This document shows positions 10,907 through 22,700 of a stretch of DNA of 64,000 nt, one piece after another (the first letter of the stretch is position 1; the number at the start of each line of letters is the position of its first letter). The notes beneath the pieces are model-generated. The model was not told where the DNA came from and did no database searches. It saw only the letters and a list, made by a program, of their open reading frames with translations. The position numbers and the translations under genes were made by a program. The DNA lies in assembly GCA_965240325.2 (NCBI GenBank), contig OZ251223.1, positions 4,092,001 through 4,156,000 of the forward strand. The letters run 5' to 3'. The DNA is from Rebecca billardiae RCC1528. Lineage: Eukaryota > Protista > Haptophyta.

Positions 10907-12754
10907 ATGAGCGCGGCCGGCGGCCCCGTGCTGCAGATCCTGCAGCGGCGGGAGCTGGGCACCCCCTCGCCCCGCGTGGCCACCCGGCCCCTGCGCACCA
11001 ACGAGGCGTGGGCGCAGCGCTGGACGTGCACGAGCGTGCTCTCTGGCCACGGCGGCTGCGTGAATACCATCCACTTCTCAGCGGACGGGCAGCAGCTGAT
11101 CAGTGGCTCGGACGATCGTACTGTCGGCGTGTGGACCTTCTTGCGCTCGTGGGAGGGCGAGTTCCGGCAGTCGCTGCCCACGCTCCACGTGCACAACGTG
11201 TTTGACGCGCAGCCGTGCCCCGGCCGCGAGCACGTCGTCGTCACGACCGCGGCGGACGGCCTCGTGGGCGTGAGCTACATGGAGGGCGGGCGGCCGGAGC
11301 TGCTGCACGCGCAGCACAGCTCGGCCGTCACGTCCAAGCTCAGCTTCCAGCCCGGCACCCCGGACGTCTTCCTCGTCCCCTTCTCGAACGGGTACGTGCG
11401 ACTGTACGACCTGCGCGCGCCGCGCCGCGAGGTCGAGGTGCTCGCGCGCGTGTGCACGGGCGCGAATGACGTCAAGTTCCGGCCGCACTCGACGGTGCAG
11501 TTCGCCCTCGGCGCCGACGACCCGATCCTCCGGCTCTGCGACCTGCGAGCCCCGAGCGGCGCTGATGGCGAGCCCTCGGCCGCGGTCGTGCGGCAGTACG
11601 CGTCGCGGCGCGCGTGGACCGCGGACGCGGCCTCGCGCTTCCGGCGCTGGTCGCGGCTCGGGGTCGCGATCAGCGGCGTGTGCTGGTCCGAGTGCGGGCT
11701 GCGCCTGCTGGTGAACTACCGCGGCGCCGACCTCGCGCTGCTCCACATCTCCGACCGCGGCTACGCGCCGACCGCCACGAGCCACGCCGGCCACGGCAGC
11801 GAGTCCGATGACGCGGACGAGGAGCGCGCCAGCGCCGACCCGGACGCAGACAGCGCCGACGTGGACCTCACGGCGTGCGTGCGCGAGTACGAGGGGCGCG
11901 AGAACGTGCAGACGTGCTGCAAGGAGGCGGCGTTCCTCCTCGACGGCGCGTGCGTCGCCACCGGCGGCGACGACGGCTCGCTGTACGTCTGGCGCACGCA
12001 GACGGCCGCGCTCCTGCGCCGCATCGTCGCCGACCGCTGCATCGTCAACTGCGTCGCGCCGCACCCGCTGCTGCCGCTCGTCGCGACCTCGGGGATCGAC
12101 TCGGAGGTGAAGCTGTGGGACGTGGGCGACGAGCGGCAGCCCGTCGCGGACGAGGAGGCCTCGCTGCGCTCCGTCCTCCGCGGCGAGTGGAACCGGCGGA
12201 TGGGCGGCGCGCCCAACATCCCGACGCGCGAGGCGCGCGCGCGGCTCGCGCGCGCCGCGGAGCTGCGGCTGGCCGGCAACGCGCGCGCGACCGCCAAGGA
12301 GTGGCAGGCGGCGATCGGCGTGTATCGCGACGCGGAGGGCGAGCTCGACTTCATCGCGCCCACCGTGTCCGTCGGCGTCGAGCGGCGCGAGCTGCTGCTC
12401 GCGCTCTGGCTCAACCTCTCGCTGTGCATGCTGCACGTCGGCCGGCACGCCGAGGTGATCTCGCTGTGCGACCGCGTGCTCGAGCGCAACCCAAAGTCCG
12501 TCAAGGCGCTCTTCCGGCGCGCGTCCGCGCTGCTGCAGCGCAAGGAGTACGACGACGCCGAGGGCGACGTCGCCGCCGCGCTCGAGATCGAGCCGCGCAA
12601 CACCGAGCTCGCGCGGCTGCAGCGCTCAATCGCGAACGCGCAGGCCTCCCAGCGCCGCCGCGACTCGGAGCGCTACCGGCGCATCTTTGCCGAGGACAAC
12701 GACGACGCGGGCGCGAGCGACAACGCAGAGGACGGGGGCGCGAATGCCAGCTGA
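10907..12754 (+). CDS. WD40 (DCAF8/WDTC1-like) protein with C-terminal TPR domain
   Basis: LSGHGGCVNTIHFS..LISGSDD, ATGGDDG..VNCVAPHP..ATSGIDSEVKLW. TPR: LNLSLCMLHVG..CDRVLERNPKSVKALFRRA..ALEIEPRN. Probable ATG at 10907; the longer ORF in the track overlaps ald out of frame. Confidence 0.88.
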   Translation: MSAAGGPVLQILQRRELGTPSPRVATRPLRTNEAWAQRWTCTSVLSGHGGCVNTIHFSADGQQLISGSDDRTVGVWTFLRSWEGEFRQSLPTLHVHNVFDAQPCPGREHVVVTTAADGLVGVSYMEGGRPELLHAQHSSAVTSKLSFQPGTPDVFLVPFSNGYVRLYDLRAPRREVEVLARVCTGANDVKFRPHSTVQFALGADDPILRLCDLRAPSGADGEPSAAVVRQYASRRAWTADAASRFRRWSRLGVAISGVCWSECGLRLLVNYRGADLALLHISDRGYAPTATSHAGHGSESDDADEERASADPDADSADVDLTACVREYEGRENVQTCCKEAAFLLDGACVATGGDDGSLYVWRTQTAALLRRIVADRCIVNCVAPHPLLPLVATSGIDSEVKLWDVGDERQPVADEEASLRSVLRGEWNRRMGGAPNIPTREARARLARAAELRLAGNARATAKEWQAAIGVYRDAEGELDFIAPTVSVGVERRELLLALWLNLSLCMLHVGRHAEVISLCDRVLERNPKSVKALFRRASALLQRKEYDDAEGDVAAALEIEPRNTELARLQRSIANAQASQRRRDSERYRRIFAEDNDDAGASDNAEDGGANAS

Positions 12755-13436
12755 CGGCCCGGGCTCCCCGTCGGGGCAGCGGCATGAGCATCGGCATGCT
12801 CCATGCCATGATGTGCCGGCGGCGCGGTCAGCTTGGTGCATCACAGCAGTGATCACTCACCGACAGCCGACCGAGTTACGTGCAGACTGCCTCGGACGAC
12901 GACTTTCTCGATGACAGACAGACGACAGCGTTTTCATCAGGCGCCGCCCGGCGCGAGCGCCCCACCACCTCTGTTACCGCGCGCTGATCCTACCGCCGAG
13001 GATGCACGACTGTGACGATATGTAATATGGCGTGGGTGTCACAGCAGTAGTCAGTCAGCGCAACTATGATGGTAGTGTACAATTGGAAACTGTATGCAGA
13101 CGACTCTGCTGCTGCCCATGTGATGGGTCACGCCATCACATGATCGGACAGGGCGCGACGACGACGACGCATATCACGACCGACGATGATGATGATGCTC
13201 TGCTGCAGGCGCCGGCGGGATCGCGCGCGCTTCGTCAGCGGCGCGGATTGCGTTGATTCTGCCTCGCGCATCGTCTTCGTCGTAGTGATGCTCGTCATCA
13301 TCGTCGCACCGCAGCATGCCCGCGTCGTCGTCACGGCATCGTCGGCACGCCGCCGCCGTCGTCTCGGCTCGACAGCATGCCCAGCATCCGCGCGCCGTCC
13401 GCGCTCCGACAGCACATGCGAACGGGGAGCACGCGA

Positions 13437-15186
13437 TTACAGAGGGGCCATGAACTTCGAGTGGCTGGGCAGCTCCGCCGCAAGCGCGGCCGACGGTGCG
13501 TCCGTCGACGGGTACACGACCGCCGTCTCGATCGAGAAGGCGCGGATCGAGTCGTTGAGCGACATGGTGCCCATGGCGGACGCGCGCCGGCCCGAGAAGG
13601 GCACGTTGTCCGGTGAGCGACCGCACTGCAGGTTGAAGTTGATGCGGCCGACGGTGGACGAGAGCGCGTCGACGAGCGGGGCGGCGGCCTTCGGGTCCTT
13701 CGTGAAGATCGCGGCCTGCTGCCCGTTCCACGACGCCTTGAGCGCCGCGTGCACCTGCGCCACGTCCGAGTAGCGCGCGACCGGCACGACCGGCCCAAAC
13801 TGCTCCTCCTGGAAGAGCCGCATCTCCTTGGTCACGCCGTCCACGACCGCGACGTTCATCAGCGCGCCGCGCACCTCGCCGCCGCCGTACTGCGTGTTCG
13901 CGAGGCGCGCACCCTTCGAGATCGCGTCGCCGATCAGCTCCTCGAGGTACTTGGGCTTGCCGCCCTCGGGCAGCGGCGTGATCGCCACCTTCTCCTCCCA
14001 CGGCAGCCCCGCCTTGAGCGCGCCAATCTTGGCCGTCAGCTTCTCCACAAACGCGTCTGCGACCGACTCGTGCACCATCATCAGCTTGACCGCCGTGCAG
14101 CGCTGGCCGTTGTACGAGGTGGAGCCGAGCATGCACTGCTGGGCGGCGACTTCGAGATCGGCGTCGGGCAGCACGATGCCGATGTTCTTCCCCGCGAGCT
14201 GCGCGAACACCTTGAGCCGGTGCGGCTCGGGGTGCACCTTGACGAGCGAGTCGAGCGCGCCCGTGCTGCCGATGAAGCCGAGCACGTCGACGAGGCCGGT
14301 CGCCATGATGGGCGGCATCGTCTTGCGGCCCGAGCCCGTGACGAAGTTGACCACGCCGGGCGGGAGCGCCTTGGCGATCGCGTCGGCCGTCAGCGCGTGC
14401 ACGAGGCTGTGCCCGGGCGGGGTGCGCGCGCGCGAGCGAGCGTGTGAGCCGTGCACAGCGCGCACGGCGCGCAGTCTCGTGCGCGCGTGCGAGCGCCGCG
14501 TGAGCCCTCCGCGCGCGCGGCGCGCACCCGCCGGTGGTGGGCAGCTTGAGCACCGCAACGTTGCCCATGAGGAGCGCCGGGATGAGCATCGCGTACATCT
14601 CGTTGAGCGGGTAGTTGAAGGGCGCGAGGCCGAGCATCACGCCGATCGGGCCGCGCCGCACCTGGCACTTGACACCCGACGTCTCGGTGAAGCTGGTGAA
14701 GCCCATGCCGACGGCGGGGTCGGTGCGGAGCTGCTTGATCACGCCCGCGACAAAGTCCATCGTGCGGTCGAACTCCTTCGCGGCGTCGCCGGAGTTCTTG
14801 CAGATCTCCCACATGAGCGCGTTCACCAGCTCGGAGCGGATCTTGGTCAGCTCCTCGCAGTACCGCTCGATGGCGGTGATGCGCTCGGCGAGCGACATCT
14901 GCGGCCACGCGCCCTGGCCGCGGTCCCACGCCGCCGCCGCGGCCTCGACCGCCGCGACGGCCTCCTCCTCGTTCATCTGCGCGACCTTGCCGATGACGGC
15001 ACGCTCGCCCGTCGACGCGTCGTAGATCGGAGACGTGACGTCGATGACCGGGCCGGCGAAGGGGAGCTTCTCGCCGTTGAAGAACTTGAAGACACAGTCG
15101 ACCATCGGCTTCTTCGCGTACATCTCGTCACTCGGGGCGACCGACGCGGGCTCGTGCGCGGTGAGGGAGAACGCCTTTGCGGACAT
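13437..15186 (-). CDS. Aldehyde dehydrogenase, non-phosphorylating GAPDH (GAPN/ALDH11)-like, 2 exons, about 542 aa
   Basis: LMWEICK..KEFDRT, APFNYPLNE, FIGST, SYNGQRCTAVK (catalytic Cys), EEQFGPVVP, RSPDNVPFSGR. Intron 14407-14527 (GTGCG..ACAG) joins the two ORFs in frame. Confidence 0.9.
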
Positions 15187-15671
15187 GATGGTGATGACGG
15201 GGGACGGCTGGAGGATCTCGCGGTCGTGGACTTCGCGTGGTGTGGCCTGCGCTGGTGGAATCTCGGCCGGGGAACCTTTGCTACCGGCCGGTGCGCCACG
15301 GTGCCAGCCAGTCGCGAGGCCGGCAGGAATCTTTGGGGCATCTGGAGGCGCTTTTTGATCGCGTCCCGACCTTCGGCGGTACGTGCTGCCGCCGCGCCCG
15401 CCGTTTGCTCTTAGGGATGAGCCCTTCGATCGAAAGGCTTCGCGAAGGTTTGGAGGCTGCGGGAGGTGCGCTGGCAGTGGGCAGGGGGCGGACGGCGGGT
15501 CACTTTGGTTCATCAGGCAATTATTGTAGAAGATTTGGGCATCTTTGGCTGCGGTGGATTCCCCCTGGCTAAAGAGCTCATCAGTATTTATCAGCTAAAA
15601 TTATACTTACTTTGAACTTCCGCCGCACGATGGCCAGCGCACCGCGGTCGGGGCGGCCGCGCACGCCTCCC

Positions 15672-18600
15672 TCAGCTGGCTGCCTCCTCGTCGACCTCGA
15701 CGTCGTCCTCGGGCGACTCGCGCAGCGCGAGCACAAAGTCGGGCAGCGCGTTGAGCAGCACCGGGTCGTGCTCGGGCACGCTCTGCCGACCGGAGCGCTG
15801 CCGATCGGAGCGCGGCGGCGCCCACGCGCCGCCGAGCATCCCAAAGCGCGTGGTGCGGCCGGAGGAGGACGAGGGCTGGCGCGCGCTGCCAGGATCCGCC
15901 GCGCTCGGCGACGCCACCGGCTGGGGCGCGGGCCTGTGCGTGGGCACGAGGAAGGGCACGACCGCGGACACGGACGTGCGCCGCTCGTTGAAGACGGTGA
16001 GGGAGCGCTTGCGCGGCTGCGTGATGCCGTCCGCCTGGCTGGCGAAGACGGCGCCGCCGTCCGACTCCTGCCACTCGAAGGGCAGCGCGCGCATGATGAG
16101 CAGCGTGTGCGCGTACCGCACGCCCGGCACGCACGCCAGCAGCGCGGACGGCAGCACGACGAGCAGCAGCATCAGCGTGTCGGTCAGGAGCGCGTAGCTC
16201 GCGAGCGTGTCGCGCACCGTCGCGTGCGCGTGCGCGCGCGCGGCGCGCGCGAGCGCCGCCGGCACGCCGCGCGCGCGCGCCGGCTGCGCGGGCGGTGTCT
16301 CCGCCGGCGTGAGAACGATGGCGGGCGTCGTGCGCGCCGAGTCGTCCCACTCGGCGCCGCCGCCGTGCGCGCTCGCGCCCGAGCCCGAGGGCGCGGGACC
16401 GGCGCGCGGGCCGGTCGAGGCCGCGGCCGCGGCCGCGGCCGCGACGATCGCCGCCGCGCGCTTGGTCGGGGGCTCGTCGTGGGGCACGGCCCAGGCGAGG
16501 AGCTCGCAGCAGGCGGACACGCCCAGCGCCATCACCACCAGCACGAGCCCGCCCTGCCCGACCTCGCGCGCCGTGAGCGGCGCGGGCGCGGCCGGCGCGC
16601 ACGCCGCGCGCGCGCGCAGGCTGGCCGCGGCCGGCGCGACGCCCCCGCACGCTCGGTGCGCGAGCGCCAGCGCCGTGTGTACCGCGGCGGCGAGGGCGGC
16701 GAGCAGCACGAAGCGGCCGTCGCGCGGGCGGCCGTCCGGCAGCGCGCGCAGCGCGGGCCCGAGCACGCCCACCAGCAGCAGCTGCGCCACGGGCGTCGCG
16801 AGCAGCACGAGCTCGGCCGCGCCCGCCAGCTCGGGCGCGAGCGCTGCGGGCTGCCAGCCGGGCTGCGCGCCGCGCGCGCCGGCCGAGAGCGGCGACCACG
16901 CGTGCGGCAGCAGGGTGAGGAAGGCGACGAGCGCGAGCGTGCGCCGGCCGGGGCAGAGCGCGCTGCGCACCGAGCGGCGGCGCGCCTCGGCGTACCCGCC
17001 CGCGCGCCACCGCCGCCACCCCTCCTTGCCCGGCTCGAGCACCCAGCGCGCCCAGCCCCGCACGTCCTCCGACCAGATCGCCTGCAGCGAGAGGTGTCGC
17101 GGGTTGAACACGAACGGCGAGTACACCCACGAGAAGCAGACGAGGCCGACGAAGGCCCAGAAGCCCGGCTGCGGGTTCACCACCACCTCGGGCCGGCTCG
17201 CGAGCGCGAGCGCCGCCATCGCGCCCAGCGCCGCGCCGGGCAGCATGCACGGCACGCCGAACGATCGGTACAGCTCAGCAAACGGCTGCCGCTCGACGCC
17301 AAAGCCGCGGCCGGTCGCAATGTACGCCGCGCCGCCCGACTCGAGCTCGCGGCGGAAGGCGTGGCCCTGCAGCTGCGTCTGGAAGGAGAAGAAGGCCCAC
17401 GAGCCCGTCGCGAGCTGCAGCGCGAGCCTGCGCGCCGCGAACCACACGCCGCGGCTCAGCGCCGACTCGGCGAACAGCGGCAGCGCCTGCGCCATCACAA
17501 ACAGCAGCACCAGCGGACCAAACTGCGCGTCCACGAGCGCGCCGCCGATCGCCGCGCGCGACGCGTCGGGCGGCGGCTCGGGCAGCCCGTCCGCGCCGCG
17601 CAGCGCCGCGTCGCTCAGCGCGTGGTACAGCAGCGTGGCCACGAGGCAGCCCACCGCCGCCTCCTGCAGCAGCGGGTTGAGGTAGAAGCCGACGTGCGCG
17701 TAGTACACGCCCAGCATGCGCGGCAGCGGCAGCCGCGTGCCAAGCCGGAACGACTGGCGCGTGAGCGTGACCTCGCCCGCGCCGCGGCTCAGCTTGGAGA
17801 TGAACTTCATCTGCGAGGCGAAGGACATCTCGCGCCCCTTGCCCAGCTGCATGTACTCGCGGTGCACCACGCGGCCCCCCCTGAGCGTCAGGTCGAACCC
17901 GGCGAACACATCCTCGCTCAGGTTGAGCCCCTTGGTCGCCTTGGAGACGCCGCCCTGCGCCATCATCGTGAGCTTGTCCATGATGTCGGGGTGGCCGTAG
18001 TACTGGCGCGAGAGGAGCGGCCAGTCCATCGTGCGCTGGATCATCGAGCCGAAGACGAACTCGGAGGCCGCGGCGAACTCCGCCACCGAGCCCAGCCCCG
18101 AGTAGACGTGCTCCTTGAAGCCGACGATGTGCACGCGCTGCTCGCGCGCCGCCTCGCCCGGCGGCGCGCGCGCGCGCTCGTCCTCGGCCGCCTCGTCGAG
18201 CGCCGCCGCCGCCTCGGCGAGCCCAAACTCGCCGAGCGCGTTGCAGATCTTGAGCGCCTCCTCGAGGTAGCCCTCCTGGTTCGCGTCGATCGTCTGCACC
18301 AGCCGGCCGCGCACGAACGGCAGCGCGACGTTCTGGTTGTCCCCCTTCCCGTCGCCGAGGATCGGGTGGCCGGGCAGCCGCACGCGCTGCCGCGGCTCGC
18401 GCCCGCCGTCCGGCGTGACGGGGCAGGTGCCGTCGATCAGCACGGAGTAGTAGGCGGTGCCGCCGCCCTCCTCGGGCACCTCCTCGATGTACGCGATCGC
18501 GAGCCGCGGGAACTCGGCGAGCAGCGCGTGCGCGCCCTCGCGCATGTGCGGCGCGAACGCGTGGTACCGCTGCATCGCCACCACGCACTGGAACTTGGCC

Positions 18601-18780
18601 GCGACCAGCTCGGAGCGCTGCTCGGCCGAGAGGTCGGGCCGCTGCGTCGCGAGCAGCAGCTCGAGCGCGCGCTCGTACTGCATCATGCCGCGCACGGTGC
18701 GGTACAGCGTCTGCGTGTGCATCGACGCCCACTTGCGCAGCGAGAGCAGCGCGTCGGGGCCGCCCGCCTCCGCGTCGGCC

Positions 18781-18832
<52 letters not shown>

Positions 18833-19763
18833 GGCTGAGCAGCGCGGCCGCCGCCCTCGCCCACAGCGCGCGGCCGGTGCGCGCGGCCGGGCGGTCGGCC
18901 GAGGCCGCGCTGCCACGCGCGCTCCCCGCGCCGCCGCCGCCGTGAGCGCCGGCCCCAGCGCCGCCGTGAGCGCCGGCCCCAGCGCCGCCGTCGGCGCCGG
19001 GCTCGGCGTCCGGCTCGGCCGCGCCGCCGCCTTCCGGCGGCGCGGACGGCAGGCCGGCGCGCACCGCGCGCGCGGTCGCGGCCGCGTGATGCTCGCCGAG
19101 CGCGGTGAGCTTGCGCGTGACGGCGCTCCAGATGCGGTGCCAGTGCGCGTCGCCGATCCGGCCGCGGAAGCACTTGAGCTCGGCGGGGAAGTACTCCATC
19201 AGCAGCGAGATCAGCGTCTGCGACCCCTCCTCCGCCTGCGCGACCGCGGCGGCGACCACCTGCCGGAAGGCGACGGATGAGCGGCGCGGCGCGGACGCGC
19301 GCGCGCGCGCCGGCTCGGACGCGCCGAGCGCGCGGCGCCAGCGCTCGGGCGACGCCGCCGAGGCCGCGCTGCGCTGCAGCACCGCCGCGGGCCTCGCCCG
19401 CCTCGACTTTGCAAACAGCTCCTCCTCCGACGTGACGATCGTCTCCCCGTAGTGCGGCACGAGCACCGTGAACGACGGCATCGCCTCGACCGGGCTGGGC
19501 GCGGGCAGCCGCATCCGCAGCGACTGGCGGAGAGAGAAGAGGCGGCGGCGCGCCTCGGCGGAGCGAGGCATCGCGGCGCGCCGCGCCGCCGCGCCCAGCC
19601 CGCGCTGGAACAGCGGCGGCGGGATGAACCCGCTCGGCGGTTCGCCGCCGCCGCCGCCGCCGCCGCCGCTGCCACTGCCGCCGTGCTGCGCGCGCGCGCG
19701 CTCGGCCACATCCGCCGCGGCCGCGGCAGACGCGGCCGCGGCGCTGCCGCCGGCGCCGCCGGC

Positions 19764-19794
<31 letters not shown>

Positions 19795-22700
19795 CCGCCG
19801 CCACCGCTGCCGCCGCTCGAGCGAGCGCCGTCGTCGGCGGCGGCCGCGGCCTCGGCGCCGTCGGCGGGTGCTTCTGCCGGGGTGTAGACCAGCCGCTGCA
19901 GCTCCTGCACGGAGAGCAGGTCCTCCTCGAACATGGACGCGCACACGGCGTTCCAGAGGGAAGCCCACGCGCGCTCGAGCTCGGCGCTCAGGTGCGGGCC
20001 GAGGGCGGAGGCGAGCGCGGCGCGGCGCGCGCGCGGCGCGAGGCCGTCTCCGAGCGGGAGGCACTTGGCGGCGAACGCGCGCGGCAGCTCGGCCCAGCTC
20101 GCCGGCTTGGGCCCGCCGCCGGGCGGGTAGTTGATGTACAGCCCGCGCGCCAGCCCGACCGCACACACGCCGAGCACGTACCACGCGTACGTGGAGGCGC
20201 AGTGCACGAGGGCGGTGCTCGCCCACACCCACGCCTCGGCGAGGAGGCGCGCGAGCAGGCGGCGCGAGGCGAGGACCTGCAGGCCGAGGCCGGCGTCGAG
20301 GAGCGGGCCGAGCGGCTCGTGCGCCTCGAGCCGCCCCGACGCCTCCACCGCCGCGCGCAGCAGCACCGGCGCCTCCGCCGCGGCCTTGCTCAGCAGCACC
20401 GCAGCCCAGAAGCCCCACACCCACTTGGCCGCGCCGCGCGGCGTGCGCGCGTTCGCGTCGAGCTGCACGCGGCCCTCGAGCGAGGGCTCGATGGAGACGA
20501 GGAGGGTGGCGCGGAGCGCGCACGCCGCGGAGTAGCACAGGTACGCGGCACGCAGCGGGCCGAGCTCGGGCCAGCCCAGCGTCGCGCCCAGCAGCGCCCA
20601 CTGCGTGCAGTACGGCAGCGAGCGGCCCCAGCCGAGCAGCACGCGCGCCGCGCTGAGCTCGGGCCGCACGCGCGTGCTCGCGAGGTCGGCGGCGGTGCCG
20701 AGCAGCCCGGGGGCGAGCAGCGCGCAGAGCGGCGCGGCGCGCGTGCTCATCAGCTCCCACGCCGCCGCCCAGCTCCCGCCCGGCTGGAAGGCCGCAAACG
20801 CGCCCAGCACCATCAGCCACAGCGACGCGGCGTGATACGCGCCCACGCGGCCGAACGAGGCGACGCAGCAGTGCCACGAGTGCACCTCGACGTGCGACTT
20901 GGCCGCGCCGAAGGTGGCGGCCCAGTCGGCGTCGGCGAGGGCCATCCACCGCTCGGACGCGGGGTAGTCGATCACCGCAATGCCCTCGGTCGTCACCACC
21001 CGTCGGATCGACTCGGGCGCCCAGAAGAGCTCGTTCAGGTCGTCGTAGTTGGCGCGCGCGCCCTCGCCGCCCTCGGGCCGCGGGCGCTCGCGCGGCCGCC
21101 CCGCGCCGTCGAGCCCGTCGTACGACAGGCCGAAGATGTGCGACCAGAGGGGCAGCACGTACCGCTCCAGGTACATGTTGGGCGGCACGCCGCCCGCGTC
21201 GGCAAAGAGGGAGTGCGCGAGCGCGGGCGCGACGCGCGGCGTCGCCGCCGGCATGGAGCCCGCGGCGGACGCGCGCGCCGCGGCCGAGGCGCGCGCGCCG
21301 GCGCCCTCGGACGCGCCGCCCACTGCCGCGCCCGCCGCCGCCTCCTCGACGCCCTCGCTCGAGAGCTGCTGCCACCGCCCGCGCCGCCCGAAGCCGAGCG
21401 CGCCGAGCGCGGAGAGTCGCGAGGCGCGCGCGCGGCGCGTGCGCAGCACGCCACCGGGCGTCTTGCCGGCCGGCGACGCGTCGAGCGCGCCGTCGGCCGC
21501 GCCCGGCGGCGGCGGCGCGCGGTGGCGGCGCGCGCACTCGAAGAAGAAGCACAGCGCCTCGGGGCAGAAGCGCACGTTGCCCGCCTCCGCCCAGATGCAC
21601 AGGTACAGCGCCATCTCCCGCACGCGCTGCGAGTGCGAGGGCGCGTGGTACGGGACGTGCGCGCCGCGCCCTCCGCCGCCGCGCGCGCCCCTGGCGGGGA
21701 CGAGGCCGGACGAGGCGTACAGCCAGCGCTCGAAGGAGGAGAGCATCGCGTCGTGCAGCTCGCGCGCGGCGATCCGCTCGTTCCCCAGCGCCGCCGCCTG
21801 CGCGCCCCACAGCGACAGCAGGTGCTCCCGCTGCGCGCGCGCCGAGTCGGCCTGGAAGCCGAACTGCAGCCGCAGCGACTCGAAGAGCGAGCACACGCCC
21901 GCGGCCGTGGCGGGCGAGAGCGCGGCGCGCGGCGCGGTGCGGCACAGCGCCGGGCGCGGCGGGGCGGAGGGCGCGGCCGGCGGCGCGGCCGGCGGCGCGG
22001 CCGGTGGCGCGCCGAGCGCGCCGCCGCGCGCGCAGCTGCCCGGCCGCGCGCCGCCGCCCTCGCCGCCCCCGCCGCCCTTGCTGTCGAGCGAGGGCGAGAG
22101 GACGAACGCACGCACCGCGTTGGCGTCCGCATCGGCACGGGGGCCGGCGGCGCCCTCCGCGGCGGCGGCGGCGACGGTAGCGGCGCCGGGCGTGGCGTGG
22201 CGCTCCTCGGCGGCGGCCAGCCCGCCCTCCGCGCCCTCCGCGCCCTCCGCGTCCCGCGCACCAGCCCAGTCCGCCACGCGCGGTGCGGCGCGCGCGCGCG
22301 CGGCGCGGCGGCCGCGCGCGAGCGCGGCGCGCGCGGCGAGTAGCGTGCCGGCCGCCGCGCGGCGCGCGCGCCCCGCGGCGCGCCGCCGCGCGCCCGGCCG
22401 CGCGCAGCAGGCGAGCAGCAGCGCGCCGGCCAGCGCCGCCGCGCCGAGCGCGAGCAGCCGCGGCGGCCTGCGGCGCGCGCACGCGCTCGCGCGCGTGAGC
22501 GTGTTGCAGCACTCCGCGCCGCCCGTCGCCGCCTCGGACCACGCGGCCAGCACGTGGTTGGCGCGCTGCGCGACCGAGCAGCCGCCCAGCCGGCCCTCGG
22601 GCTCCACGTCCGCGCACGCCGCGGCCGCGGCGGCGGAGCGGCCGGGCAGCGCGGCGCGCGCGCACTGCCTGCGGATGAGCAGCTTGAGGGACTCGACGCT

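Noticed and set aside
18940-18995. 24-bp tandem repeat that could resemble an array
   Set aside because: It is an in-frame coding repeat (GGAGAGAH) with no spacers; not CRISPR.
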